Below are positions 11,845 to 21,827 of a DNA stretch of 34,169 bases, piece after piece. Made by a program: the position numbers and the translations under genes. How positions within the stretch are numbered: the first letter of the stretch is position 1; every line of letters starts with the position of its first letter. The stretch spans positions 1 through 34,169 of the forward strand of contig MU619432.1 in NCBI GenBank assembly GCA_025201805.1, written 5' to 3'. This DNA is from Parasitella parasitica NRRL 2501. Its lineage: Eukaryota; Fungi; Mucoromycota. The notes below the pieces were generated by a model. That model was not told the DNA's origin and searched no databases. It saw nothing but the letters and a program-made list of their open reading frames with translations.

Positions 11845-13543
11845 TTATGTCGAAATCCAACGTACAGGAATTTTAAAGAATTGCTGTAATGTTTGTTTAT
11901 CATGGACTGATAATTCAGGTGTCGGCAAGATACCGCCTCGCAAGTTTGTTTGAATAGAAGGATGAATGAATCTTGGTGCCTTCAACTTTGAGTCTCGTTC
12001 ACAACGCAAATTTTTGAACTCTTCCAAAGTGATAGATTCATTGATCATCTTGTTGAATTTCTTGTGTTTTTCAAGGCTAGTTACCACACGATACTACCAT
12101 ATTGAATAGCTGTCAGCAAAAAAAAAAAGGTATAGACAATATAAAACTTACTGGACGATCTACTGGAGGGTAATCATGCCCAACGTAAATTCTTGTATCA
12201 TCGGGCCAGCTATCATACATTTTGTGAATACTGTAATACATTTGTTCAGCGCTGCCTCCTGGGAAATCACAACGAGCAGTTCCTATATCCGGCTATACAT
12301 ATCAAACAAATTTAAGGTTTAGATAAATTCCACATGCACACAAAGAATATCAACTCATATTACCATAAACAAAGTATCACCAACAAATGCAGCGTCACCA
12401 ATGCGATACGACATACATGCAGGTGTATGACCTGGTGTAGCCAAGACGCTACATTGAATATCTTTACCCAGTGTCCATTCAAAGCCCTCGGAAATCAATT
12501 TGTCGAATTGCTCACCGGTTGGCTTTAGTTCGTCATGAGTCAGGTTGTATTTTTCACCAAATACTTGTTGTACTTGAGTTACTTCTTTACCGATCCAGAA
12601 TTCAGGCTTTGAAGGTAATTCAGACTTCAAATAATATGCAGCAGTTAAGTGATCCTGCACAGGNNNNNNNNNNNNNNNNNNNNNNNNNNNNNNNNNNNNN
12701 NNNNNNNNNNNNNNNNNNAAAAAAAAAAAAAAAAAAAATAGAGCGGGTGAGCGAAAATAATTGCGGTCCAGATTTCGTATACTGTACAGCATGAACGTGG
12801 GTGTCAATAATCTTTGAAACATTCAATTGATACTTTTCTATGAATTGAATTATTGATTTCGCCAATAAAGGATGGACTGTGGATGAAAACGGGTCATAAT
12901 TTAATACTGGATCCACTATGATGGCTTCCTTGGATTCTATGCAGAAATGCAAATGCTAAATGTTAATGGGAAATATCGTACGATCTCAAGCGTTTTGTGT
13001 TACCTAAATCTGTTACCACATATTGAGCTGTTTCTGTCTCTGTGTCAAAAATAGTGTGAACCCAAGGCGAGTGGTTATTTTTGAAAGGTTGAATAGGGCC
13101 ATTCCATTCCTTGAGACCTCCTTGCAGGCTATAAACATCCTCAAAGCCAAGCTCTTGGGCGATAATGGCAGCTTCATCACTACGACGTCCCGACATGCAC
13201 TGGAAGATAACCTGTCATTTTATTTAGAACTGACGGATAATAACGTAATTCGTTGTAAATTATATACCTTGCCATGTTTGTTCAAATCTGATAACCCGGC
13301 AGAAAACATGGTTTTGTCAAGTTTGAATGGTACGTTTAGTGCGCCTTTGATCTTGCCATGTTCTTGTATCTCATGTCTTTCTCGGACATCAACAATAGTC
13401 AAGTCGTTACGGGGTTTGTTATCTTGAGCAGCCAGCCAAGATGACAATTGCGCTGAAGTAACCTGTCTTGCTGATGACATGCTTTTTGTCGAGTAAAATC
13501 TTTTGTTTGCCAAGTTTCTTTTTATAATCAAGTGAAGCATCAT
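11845..13543 (-). CDS. Rhodanese (sulfurtransferase) + persulfide dioxygenase (ETHE1/SdoA-like metallo-beta-lactamase) fusion with probable mitochondrial presequence, 6 exons
   Basis: The N-terminus is basic and lacks acidic residues (MMLHLIIKRNLANKRFYSTK). Rhodanese motifs IVDVRE, GKIKGALNVP, FQCMSGRRS and VYSLQGGLKEW are followed by PDO motifs THVHADH, TPGHT, FVGDTLFMPD, ARCDFPGGSA and GHDYPP. Intron 3 contains the N gap. Confidence 0.9.
12664..12718. other. Assembly gap (55 N) next to a long poly-A/T run inside an intron
   Basis: Run of N in the sequence. Confidence 0.99.
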
Positions 13544-13642
13544 TTCTTATATATGGAGAAAAAAAAAAGAAGGGTACACCCAAAAGTAACAAAATTAGAG
13601 ATTAAATGCGTGGCTCTCATCCAGTCATATCAAATGTCCTCG

Positions 13643-14328
13643 TAAGCATTACGCCAACCAACGTGAATTTGAGTGTAAGGCATTCATTCACAGCCACCAC
13701 AACAGGAAGCTTGAGTTCTCGTGGCTTTTATGGCAAATACGCCATGCCAAATACATGATCAAAGGTCGAGATGAAATCATAATTTCATAAATAGAGTAAA
13801 CCTAGCAGAAAAGCCACTGATATACAGTATATACAGCGCCTTCATAGTCATCAAAATCATATGGTTGTTGCGGTTAAGCAGGAAATATGAGAAGCATANN
13901 NNNNNNNNATAATCAAAGATCGAGATGGAATCATAATTTCACAAATAGAGTAAATCCAGCAGAAAAGCCACTGATATACAGTATATACAGCGCCTTCATA
14001 GTCGTCGAAATCATTCGGTTGTTGCGGTTAAGCAGGAAATATGAGAAGCATAGGAGAAGCTCTTGGTCGATGGATAGCCTGTTTCGAGGACGAAGAGTCG
14101 GCGGCGGGAATCAGAGGAAAGAACGACATCAGAGGGTGGATACATGGAATGGAGGAATGAAAATTGGGGTATATATGCTTGGAGATACGTCTGTATGCTT
14201 TATTCACTGTAGAAGTGATAGTAATCAAGCCATGGTTGCTAAATGAACGGAGGTTGTGTCCATATGAATAAACATTTCTCTTTACTAGCTCATTCCTTTA
14301 AAAACAGCTTTATTTTAGACAGTTTTAC
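13643..14328. repeat. Left arm of long inverted duplication (partner 16151-16802); contains 10-N gap at 13899-13908
   Basis: 13909-14284 is the reverse complement of 16190-16565 with one mismatch by eye. Homology continues with indels out to TAAGCATTACGCC at 13643 and in to GACAGTTTTAC at 14328. Confidence 0.95.
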
Positions 14329-14860
14329 AGTATTTTTATAAACTACCAGAGGATACTTTGATACAAAAACTGCAACTTGTTATACAAACATCTGCCAGCC
14401 ATTCCCAAAGGTATAAATTAGTCTCCAACCCTCATGGCAAAAATGTGAACCCGTGTTGGATACTGGTTTGGTGAAATAGTTGCAAAGGTAAGTGCTAGTG
14501 TTTCCTTCTTTTAAGTGCTAAATTTTTATTTTTTCTTCTTCTTTATTGCTTTTTTCTCTTTCCTCTTGACTCTCGACAGGACTTAGCGAAGTGTTCCGGG
14601 CAATCCAAAGTATTTTTAATTTTTGCTTTCATCATTTCGGGTGGGAAAATAAGGGAATGCCGTTTTTTTTTTTGTTTTTTTTATTTCGTAGTCGTTACCT
14701 ATGAGCGTAAATCGCCCAGGGAGTGTCGTCTTCTTGGAACGTAGATCCGTGGTAATTGGCTAGTTATTATCTTTTTCATTGAAGCCTTTGTCTATGAGCG
14801 TAAATCGCCCAGGGAGTGTCGTCTTCTTGGAACGTAGATCCGTGGCAATTGAACAGATGT
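13990..14860 (-). pseudogene. Decayed coding frame of unknown family running from the spacer into the left inverted-repeat arm
   Basis: One minus-strand frame from about 14620 to 13990 has only 5 stops in about 210 codons and reads protein-like (HEGWRLIYTFGNGWQMFV..QPWLDYYHFYSE..PSDVVLSSDSRRRLFVLETG). It continues upstream after a frameshift in an A-run. Confidence 0.4.
14699..14851. repeat. Two 60-bp direct repeats (14699-14758, 14792-14851), 59/60 identical, 33-bp spacer
   Basis: CTATGAGCGTAAATCGCCCAGGGAGTGTCGTCTTCTTGGAACGTAGATCCGTGG(T/C)AATTG occurs twice, with a period of 93 bp. Confidence 0.95.
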
Positions 14861-16150
14861 TTAAGATGATGGCTTTTTTTTTGGGAGTAGAATAATCTCC
14901 ACCTTCACGTGGTTACTCCTGTTAGTAGAAGTGGTTTGCTTTGAAGCCAAGAGAGATTACTTTGTATTAAGAATTGAAAAATAAAGCTTTTGTATTTAAT
15001 GCTAAAACGAAGTTTGCCAAAGCTAAACATAATTTAACGTGAGTTGACCTAAAAAACAAGTAATATAGGCCAGTAGTCAGAAGAAATTGAGTTATCTTGG
15101 CCCTAAAAAAGTGGATTCCACATAAAAAGCACCGTATAAACAATGTAATAACGAAGATAAAACATTATTATGGATATGTCTTTGAAACAAAAACCAGTTT
15201 AAGCAAGAATAAAGATGATTTTTGATAGAGTAATCATATTGAGCTTTCATACACTTTAGATTCGGTTATAATTCATAATTGGATAAAATATAAAGTGTAT
15301 CAAGAATGAAGATGCTCTCATCTTGACAGTCTTTTCTAAAAACATACAACACTGTTTTTTTGATTCATGATCAAAGGTATTTGCATTAGTTTATAAAAAA
15401 TGGAATGGCAATGAAAAATTTGATTGAACTAAAAAGTTTGAACGCACTAAGAAATTCTTTATTTTAACAAGGGTCATTCGGGAAATAAAGTGTTTTTTAA
15501 AAAAAAAATGCGATAAGGCCTTAGTTGTTAGATTATGTTTGCATAGTAGTTTTTTTTTTTTTTTTTTTGAAGGCAAAAGGCTCACGGATTTTCTTTCTTG
15601 ATAACACGCATTGTTGTTCAGAATGAAAAGATCATACTTTTTGAGTTTCTTGTAAAGAGGATCTTTATTGACCATTAGAAAGAAACGTGGTCATTTGTGT
15701 AATGTTCTTTTTCTCGTCTTCCCTTCTATTATTTCTTTTTCGTTGTACCTTTTTAAAGTTAAATTTCTTGTATATAACCTAGAATTAGATTATCACTCAA
15801 CAGAAATCATCACTCGCTAGAATTACTTTGCAAAATGTCTTGCCCTGATCAATTTGAAGATTATGCGAAAATATAAAAAAAATCGATATTATTTCATTGA
15901 TAAAAAATAGAAGAGTATTTATATTAATTTAAAGAGCTGCGGTAAAGAATATTCTAGTTGATATTTATAATATTGATTTATAATGATTACTAAGTTATTC
16001 CTGTCGTAATAAAGTAGTTGCTATTTCTTGATCTATACTCGCCCGTAACTTCTTTACAATGCGCAAAATGAACAAAAAAAAAAATTGCATCCGCTAAATT
16101 AAAGTGAAAAACCAATATGTTTTATTTTTAATAAAATTTCTCATTTAACC

Positions 16151-16802
16151 GTAAAACTGTCTAGAATAAAGTTTTTTTGGGGAATGTGCTAAAGAGAAAT
16201 GTTTATTCATCTGGACACAACCTCCGTTCATTTAGCAACCATGGCTTGATTACTATCACTTCTACAGTGAATAAAGCATACAGACGTATCTCCAAGCATA
16301 TATACCCCAATTTTCATTCCTCCATTCCATGTATCCACCCTCTGATGTCGTTCTTTCCTCTGATTCCCGCCGCCGACTCTTCGTCCTCGAAACAGGCTAT
16401 CCATCGACCAAGAGCTTCTCCTATGCTTCTCATATTTCCTGCTTAACCGCAACAACCGAATGATTTCGACGACTATGAAGGCGCTGTATATACTGTATAT
16501 CAGTGGCTTTTCTGCTGGATTTACTCTATTTGTGAAATTATGATTCCATCTCGATCTTTGATTATATTGTTGGCATAGTTTGACATGTTAAATGATGTCT
16601 CGGTTGGACGTATTACACAATAAACTTCAAACCGTATTCGCTGTAAAAGCCACGAGAACATATATGAGACATCAGTGTAACTTGTATTGCGTGTTGCTAG
16701 CATTCCACCAGCAGACTTTCCTCTTGTGTTCGGGTGCTCAAGCTTCCTGTTGCGGTGGCTGTGAATGAATGCTTTTTTTTAGGTTGGTCGGCGTAATGCT
16801 TA
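16151..16802. repeat. Right arm of long inverted duplication (partner 13643-14328)
   Basis: Direct reverse-complement match to the left arm. The ORF track shows mirrored identical peptides (14028..14228- vs 16177..16446+; 13887..14246+ vs 16228..16455-). Confidence 0.95.
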
Positions 16803-17556
16803 TTGGGTTTGGGGAATCGGAAGTAGTGGCTCAACGACATCGCAACTTTATACGTTTGCTTGCTGCAAGGGCAAAATAAGGGAGAGCAGCATCCTTTCAT
16901 CTAGAGGATAAGGTGAAAGTGTGTGCTAATTTGAGCTGTTGGTATTATCAAAAACAAAGCATATACGGCTATGTATGTGTGTGCGTATTAAAATCGGTGT
17001 GTTTGCGATGTGCATTGTTTTGCATACTCATGCAAATACACGAAAATTAGAAAACAAGAAAAGAAGAAACAAAATGGTTCAGAACAAGGAGACAAATCTT
17101 TGTGAACGTTGTCAAGATACCCATTTTGTTGGGTGGGATAGTTATTTTTACTGTTGGCACTGCATGGCGTTTGGCAAAAAAACAAAATTTTACGTTTTTT
17201 TTCCCATCTAATCATAGGATTTGCATGATCAAAAATACAAATATAAACAACATTATATAAGGCGTGATTGGATATTGAAACTGTGATGAACATACTATTT
17301 GAGCAGTTGTACAAAAAGAAAATAAGGGATGGGGGTTTATAAGCCTTGGTATAAAAACGACAAAATTACCCTTCTTTTTTTTTTTTCGTCTTATTTTGCC
17401 CTTATCTTTTCCATTGTCATCACCCATCATCATCACTGTACAATTTTTTTTAGGGGTTCGGCCACAAATAAAAATAGAAATTATAGCATCATGATCTCGT
17501 CTACTTTTCTTTCATTTTCATTTCGTTTTTTTCTCTTACAAATTCTAAGATTCACA

Positions 17557-18535
17557 ATGCGCGATTGGCTGGCACTCCCAATAAATGCAAATGCTGGTGG
17601 TAGCTCTGCAAAAAACATTGGCGATAGCAATGACGAGGCTATCGTAAACGACCAAGACGACTATCGCTGTGATAGCATTCATAAAAACATATCTGCCCAG
17701 GCCAAGAATAAGGGTCAAGGCGATGAACTGCCAACTTGGTTATCCATTTTAAAGTTATTTGGCATTACATACAATATCCAAAAGAAACCATCACGCAGCT
17801 CATCAGCATCGTATTCTTCCATCAAAAAACCAAGAGAGGTTGCACCAAAGCCTGACATTATACAAGAACTAGAAACTGACGTCCGTGAGGATGAGATTAT
17901 GGCAAGCGATTTCGAACAGCACAACGATGACCAAGAAGATGCGGTATATTTACAACGCTCGATGTCTTCAAGCAGCCTCGCTTCCTCAACTGATACTGAC
18001 AACTCAACGCCCGCTTCATCTGAAATCATTAAATCTTCATCTACATCATCAAAATACTATCATGCAATGGCCATGAGCCAGACTAGCGGTGTCAAGGTAT
18101 ATAAATGCATATTCTTCTCACCAAATGCCGGGTATTAACCCTCTTGTGTGTAGATTTGCTGGAACCACGGCGGCAAAAGGGTACAGGTTACTGGCGAATT
18201 TGATAACTGGACGGGTAAGCTAGCCTATTGCTGTATGTGTATGACATTCGCTTGTACTCACATGATTAATTATTGCAGCGTCGGTTGAACTGGTCCAAGA
18301 TGCCGACAAGCCCAATTGCTACCTTGCTGAAATTCCAATGGATCTGAGCAAAGATATCGAATTCAAGTTTATTGTAGATGGAGAATGGCGCTATGCTAAT
18401 GACTTACCACATCGAACGGATTGGCGTAAGTGTATTTAGTAATCGTTAATTGCTTGTAACTTATTTAGTTCATTATTAGGAGGCAATATCAACAATGTTG
18501 TATACAAAAAGGAGAATCTGACTGCCACAAACTAG
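17557..18535 (+). CDS. Protein with disordered Ser/Asp-rich N-terminus and C-terminal CBM48 (AMPK1_CBM) glycogen-binding domain, 4 exons
   Basis: ATG at 17557; introns at about 18098-18153, 18215-18278 and 18426-18479. The spliced C-terminus ICWNHGGKRVQVTGEFDNW..IEFKFIVDGEWRYANDLPHRTDWRGNINNVV matches the CBM48 consensus. Confidence 0.88.
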
Positions 18536-18559
18536 TTGTATGATTTTATTGTTTCTATT

Positions 18560-19186
18560 TTAATAAACTCCTGTGGCGTATAGCACAACAAACACTAAAA
18601 TCAAAATAACTATAATGGAACTGAATCCTATTGACATGACTCGGTTAAGTTTTTGCCATCTTTCTGCCATTTTACCACCTTTTTCTCGGACATGTTTAGG
18701 CCAGAATGACCCAATCCACCAAAAGGGAGGAAATATAAACCCAAATAGAAACAGCAACCCGCATATGGAATAGAATCCATCCTGGTCATTTTTAGTTACC
18801 CACCACACGTTTCGCTCGCTTTGCTCATCATCTTGCAAACGTGACAATGGTACTACTACTGTTTCTCCTAGCTGCTGTTGAGGGGCTATCGATTTTTCAA
18901 CATCTTTGTCATTAATTGGTATGCTAGAAGAATTTCTAAGCGTTGTTGCCTCGGACAATCTATTTTTCAATAACTTTGCATCATTTACTGTGAATTGCCG
19001 ATCTATATAATTTTCAAATCGTTCGTCATCCGGTGCTTGATGAACTACGATAGCGGAAGGCGGTAAATTTGATACCTGTGGTTTACTACTACTCTCTGCT
19101 GACGGTGATATGAACTGTTTTGTTAATTGCAATGATACGTCTGGTACGTTATCAGGCTTATTCATGTTATTATTGCTGTTATACAT
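18560..19186 (-). CDS. Hypothetical membrane protein, 208 aa, two C-terminal TM helices
   Basis: ORF from the ATG at 19186. Hydrophobic segments LLFLFGFIFPPFWWIGSFWP and IGFSSIIVILILVFVVLY follow a low-complexity N-terminus. Confidence 0.8.
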   Translation of the reverse strand: MYNSNNNMNKPDNVPDVSLQLTKQFISPSAESSSKPQVSNLPPSAIVVHQAPDDERFENYIDRQFTVNDAKLLKNRLSEATTLRNSSSIPINDKDVEKSIAPQQQLGETVVVPLSRLQDDEQSERNVWWVTKNDQDGFYSICGLLFLFGFIFPPFWWIGSFWPKHVREKGGKMAERWQKLNRVMSIGFSSIIVILILVFVVLYATGVY

Positions 19187-19321
19187 CTGTTTTATATAAT
19201 GTGACAAAGGATAGGAAAACAGAAAAAGAGGAAGCAAGAGACGCTTTGTTATTATCTTATATATAGCCCAAGAAAAAAAAAGGCAGTTGTTGTTATTGCC
19301 GTGTATCACAATCAACTTTAT

Positions 19322-19992
19322 TTAATGGTTTCCACCACAACATCCTCCAGTATGCTTGTGTGCTCTCTCTTTACGGTTGATGTTTTTCGTATTTTTGATG
19401 GTATCATTATCGCCTAGTTCAGTATCTTCTGTGATTCTTAATTCTGATTAAGTTGCTCGTTAGTTGATGAATGGTGTGGCTACATCAAAGTAGTCCTTAC
19501 TAAATGTGTTATTTCCTTGTGGTACACCTTGGATAACATTCTTTCTTAATAGAGTTTCTACTTGTCCAGCTAATTGTAATTTCTATAATGACAGCTTTCA
19601 GTATCCCTTGACCCCTTCTTCCTCCATTTCATTTAAAAAAAAATTTTTTTTTACCTCTTCAAGGATATCTGTATTTGTTTCATCTTTAGATTGCATAAAT
19701 CTAGAATATGTTTCTTTTCTAGCAGCTAATATTTACGAAATGAAATCAGTATACATCAAGCTAGATCATCACCCCCTTCTTCCCCTTTAAATTACATTGA
19801 ATCATCCCCACTCACATACCTGCAACTGATTTCAAATCAGCTTTTTGTCATCCAAAAAGTAAACATCAATGTCAAATAGTAATTGTCTTGAATCCAAAAA
19901 AAAAAAAACTTACTAGCAAAAACCTGCTTTTGTGTTTTGAGCAAGTGTCTGTACGCTTGAATTACTGCTTGTTTTGAAGGTGACATGGACAT
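19322..19992 (-). CDS. MZM1: LYR-motif complex III (Rieske) assembly chaperone Mzm1/LYRM7, 124 aa, 5 exons
   Basis: Exons 19992-19914, 19840-19820, 19725-19655, 19582-19501 and 19443-19322 splice in frame to MSMSPSKQAVIQAYRHLLKTQKQVFATDLKSVAAARKETYSRF..LLRKNVIQGV..FKLRITEDTELGDNDTIK..GGCCGGNH. The LYR-like AYRHLL and Mzm1-type TELGDN motifs are present. Confidence 0.9.
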
Positions 19993-20534
19993 CTTTGTAG
20001 CTTAATTATGTTGCAAGGAGAAGAAATGCAACTCTTTGGCCAGGTTCGATGCCCTGGTTTGTCGTCCATGTGACCGTTCAAATGCTGAAATGGTTGCTTA
20101 GACCCTAAGACCACTGTTTGTGGATCAAAAAACTAGCATTACCCTAAAGCAACTGGTTTCCTGCTATTACACCTCTGCAATCTAATTATTGCGATTATCT
20201 GTAAAAGTAAACTTTAGAGGAAAATGAGTGTCTATATTACATATGGTATGAATTCCTGCACCTCATTCCATTACTGATACATGTTGGTATTGCTTTTTAC
20301 ATTCACCATCATTGTTATGATCAGATCTGTAAAATGATGATAGTCTCTCAATAAATCTGTTTTGTTAGACGAGCTCCAAGTTTAAAATTGCGCATATTTA
20401 AACAAGAGGTTGTTATGAAAACTTCTTCCTTCGGCCTATTGATACTGAAGCCATTCGCTTTGAAATTCTGGGCAAAAACTAATTTATGTTATTTATTAGT
20501 AATAGCAAGTTCATTTATTGCACAGCTTATATGA

Positions 20535-21518
20535 CTAGATGCGTTGGATTATTTTGTAAATCACGCGAGTAAAAGGCAGAACAGGTATCACCTTCTGAAA
20601 AGTGCTAGGCTTTGATTTGTCGTGTGGTGATTGTTGATGATTTTGTTTATGATTATTCATGTCATGTAAATCGATATATTCGGACACAACTGGATCTTCC
20701 TTTGCATTGTACTCTTTATCAATCGTCTCATTGTGATGTACAAGGTAATTGCCAATAAAGAGCACAAAGTAAAAGATCAGACATAAGGCAATCATTAGCG
20801 CGTCAAAAACATAATAAGTCCATTCTCGGGTAGCAATTGACCCGCCAGTTCCTACAGCATAATCAGCTATACGGTAAATCAAGCGAACGCAGAGGAAGCC
20901 GGTAGTTGCATAAATAACAGCGAACAGCTTTCTTTTTGGATCTTTACCATAAACATGGATCTGATAGTTATCAGACCTATGAATATAACCAGCACATACA
21001 AGGAATAGAATCAAAGTTGTCAGCTGTACACAAGAGCCAGCAATTGTCAATTGAGTGCCAATCGCCCGAATGTTTGTATTGGACTGTATTCCACCGCCAA
21101 CACCTTGTAAAGCGGAAGCAATCATACTGAAATGATAAAATATTTTGGCAAACTTGGGTCCAATGACTATAAATTGCGTTTCTACCTCTGAAATTACAAT
21201 AACCTCTTGAATGGTTTTGTAGTTGACAAGAGCTATCACGTTTGCACAAAGAAGCAAAAAGATCGACATGGCAATAAAGAGACTTATTGCAGGGTTATTA
21301 GCACATTCGTAACGCAGAGCATATCCAGCGACCTGTAGCAAGGCTGTCAAGGGTAAAAGCAATAGAAATAACCGACTGTTTTGTGATAAAAACACTCTTA
21401 TGGATAGCGCTAGAAACAGGATGCCAAACACAATCATACCAACATATGTCAACGGTAGGTTTGGACTGTAGCCAAAGTATAAGATTGCTACATCCTGGCC
21501 ATTGGGTAGTAATTGCAT
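20535..21518 (-). CDS. RTA1-family (lipid-translocating exporter) 7-TM protein
   Basis: 327-aa ORF with family motifs FGYSPN, VAGYALR, LQGVGGGI, AGSCVQL, VRLIYRIADY and EWTYYVFDA. Confidence 0.9.
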   Translation of the reverse strand: MQLLPNGQDVAILYFGYSPNLPLTYVGMIVFGILFLALSIRVFLSQNSRLFLLLLPLTALLQVAGYALRYECANNPAISLFIAMSIFLLLCANVIALVNYKTIQEVIVISEVETQFIVIGPKFAKIFYHFSMIASALQGVGGGIQSNTNIRAIGTQLTIAGSCVQLTTLILFLVCAGYIHRSDNYQIHVYGKDPKRKLFAVIYATTGFLCVRLIYRIADYAVGTGGSIATREWTYYVFDALMIALCLIFYFVLFIGNYLVHHNETIDKEYNAKEDPVVSEYIDLHDMNNHKQNHQQSPHDKSKPSTFQKVIPVLPFTRVIYKIIQRI

Positions 21519-21827
21519 GGGAATTTTGGCTATGCACTACGTAGAGATAAAGAGCATCAAATCAATAGCTGACTTGATTTATATACATGCTCTTATAGAC
21601 CAAGCAGATCTTATTCACAGGCTTAATTGTAACGACAGCCATGTAGTTCTGGCACTACATGTGCGACATGAACTTCGGTCAATATTATACAAATAGGGAT
21701 AATTTGGTAATATTAGTGCTGAGCAGGCACCGTAAAATTTCTTAATATGTGGTGTGTACTATGTTTTTCGCCCCTGCTGTCTTTTGTGTTTTTTGACGTG
21801 CATCTGCAAGATTCTCTGGCTTTCATC

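Noticed and set aside
14460-14745. Plus-strand splice model giving W-(TGA)-N-S-C-K, resembling a selenocysteine UxxC thioredoxin motif
   Set aside because: There is no start codon, no thioredoxin-fold context and no recognisable SECIS. The minus strand explains the region better, and Sec use is not expected in Mucorales.
14699-14851. Repeat-spacer-repeat resembling a CRISPR array
   Set aside because: Only two repeats, 60 bp long, in eukaryotic DNA with no cas genes.
13643-16802. Long-TIR transposon (foldback/Pack-MULE) reading of the inverted repeat
   Set aside because: No TSD, the outer ends are the most diverged part, and there is no similarity to the MULE TIR in this window.
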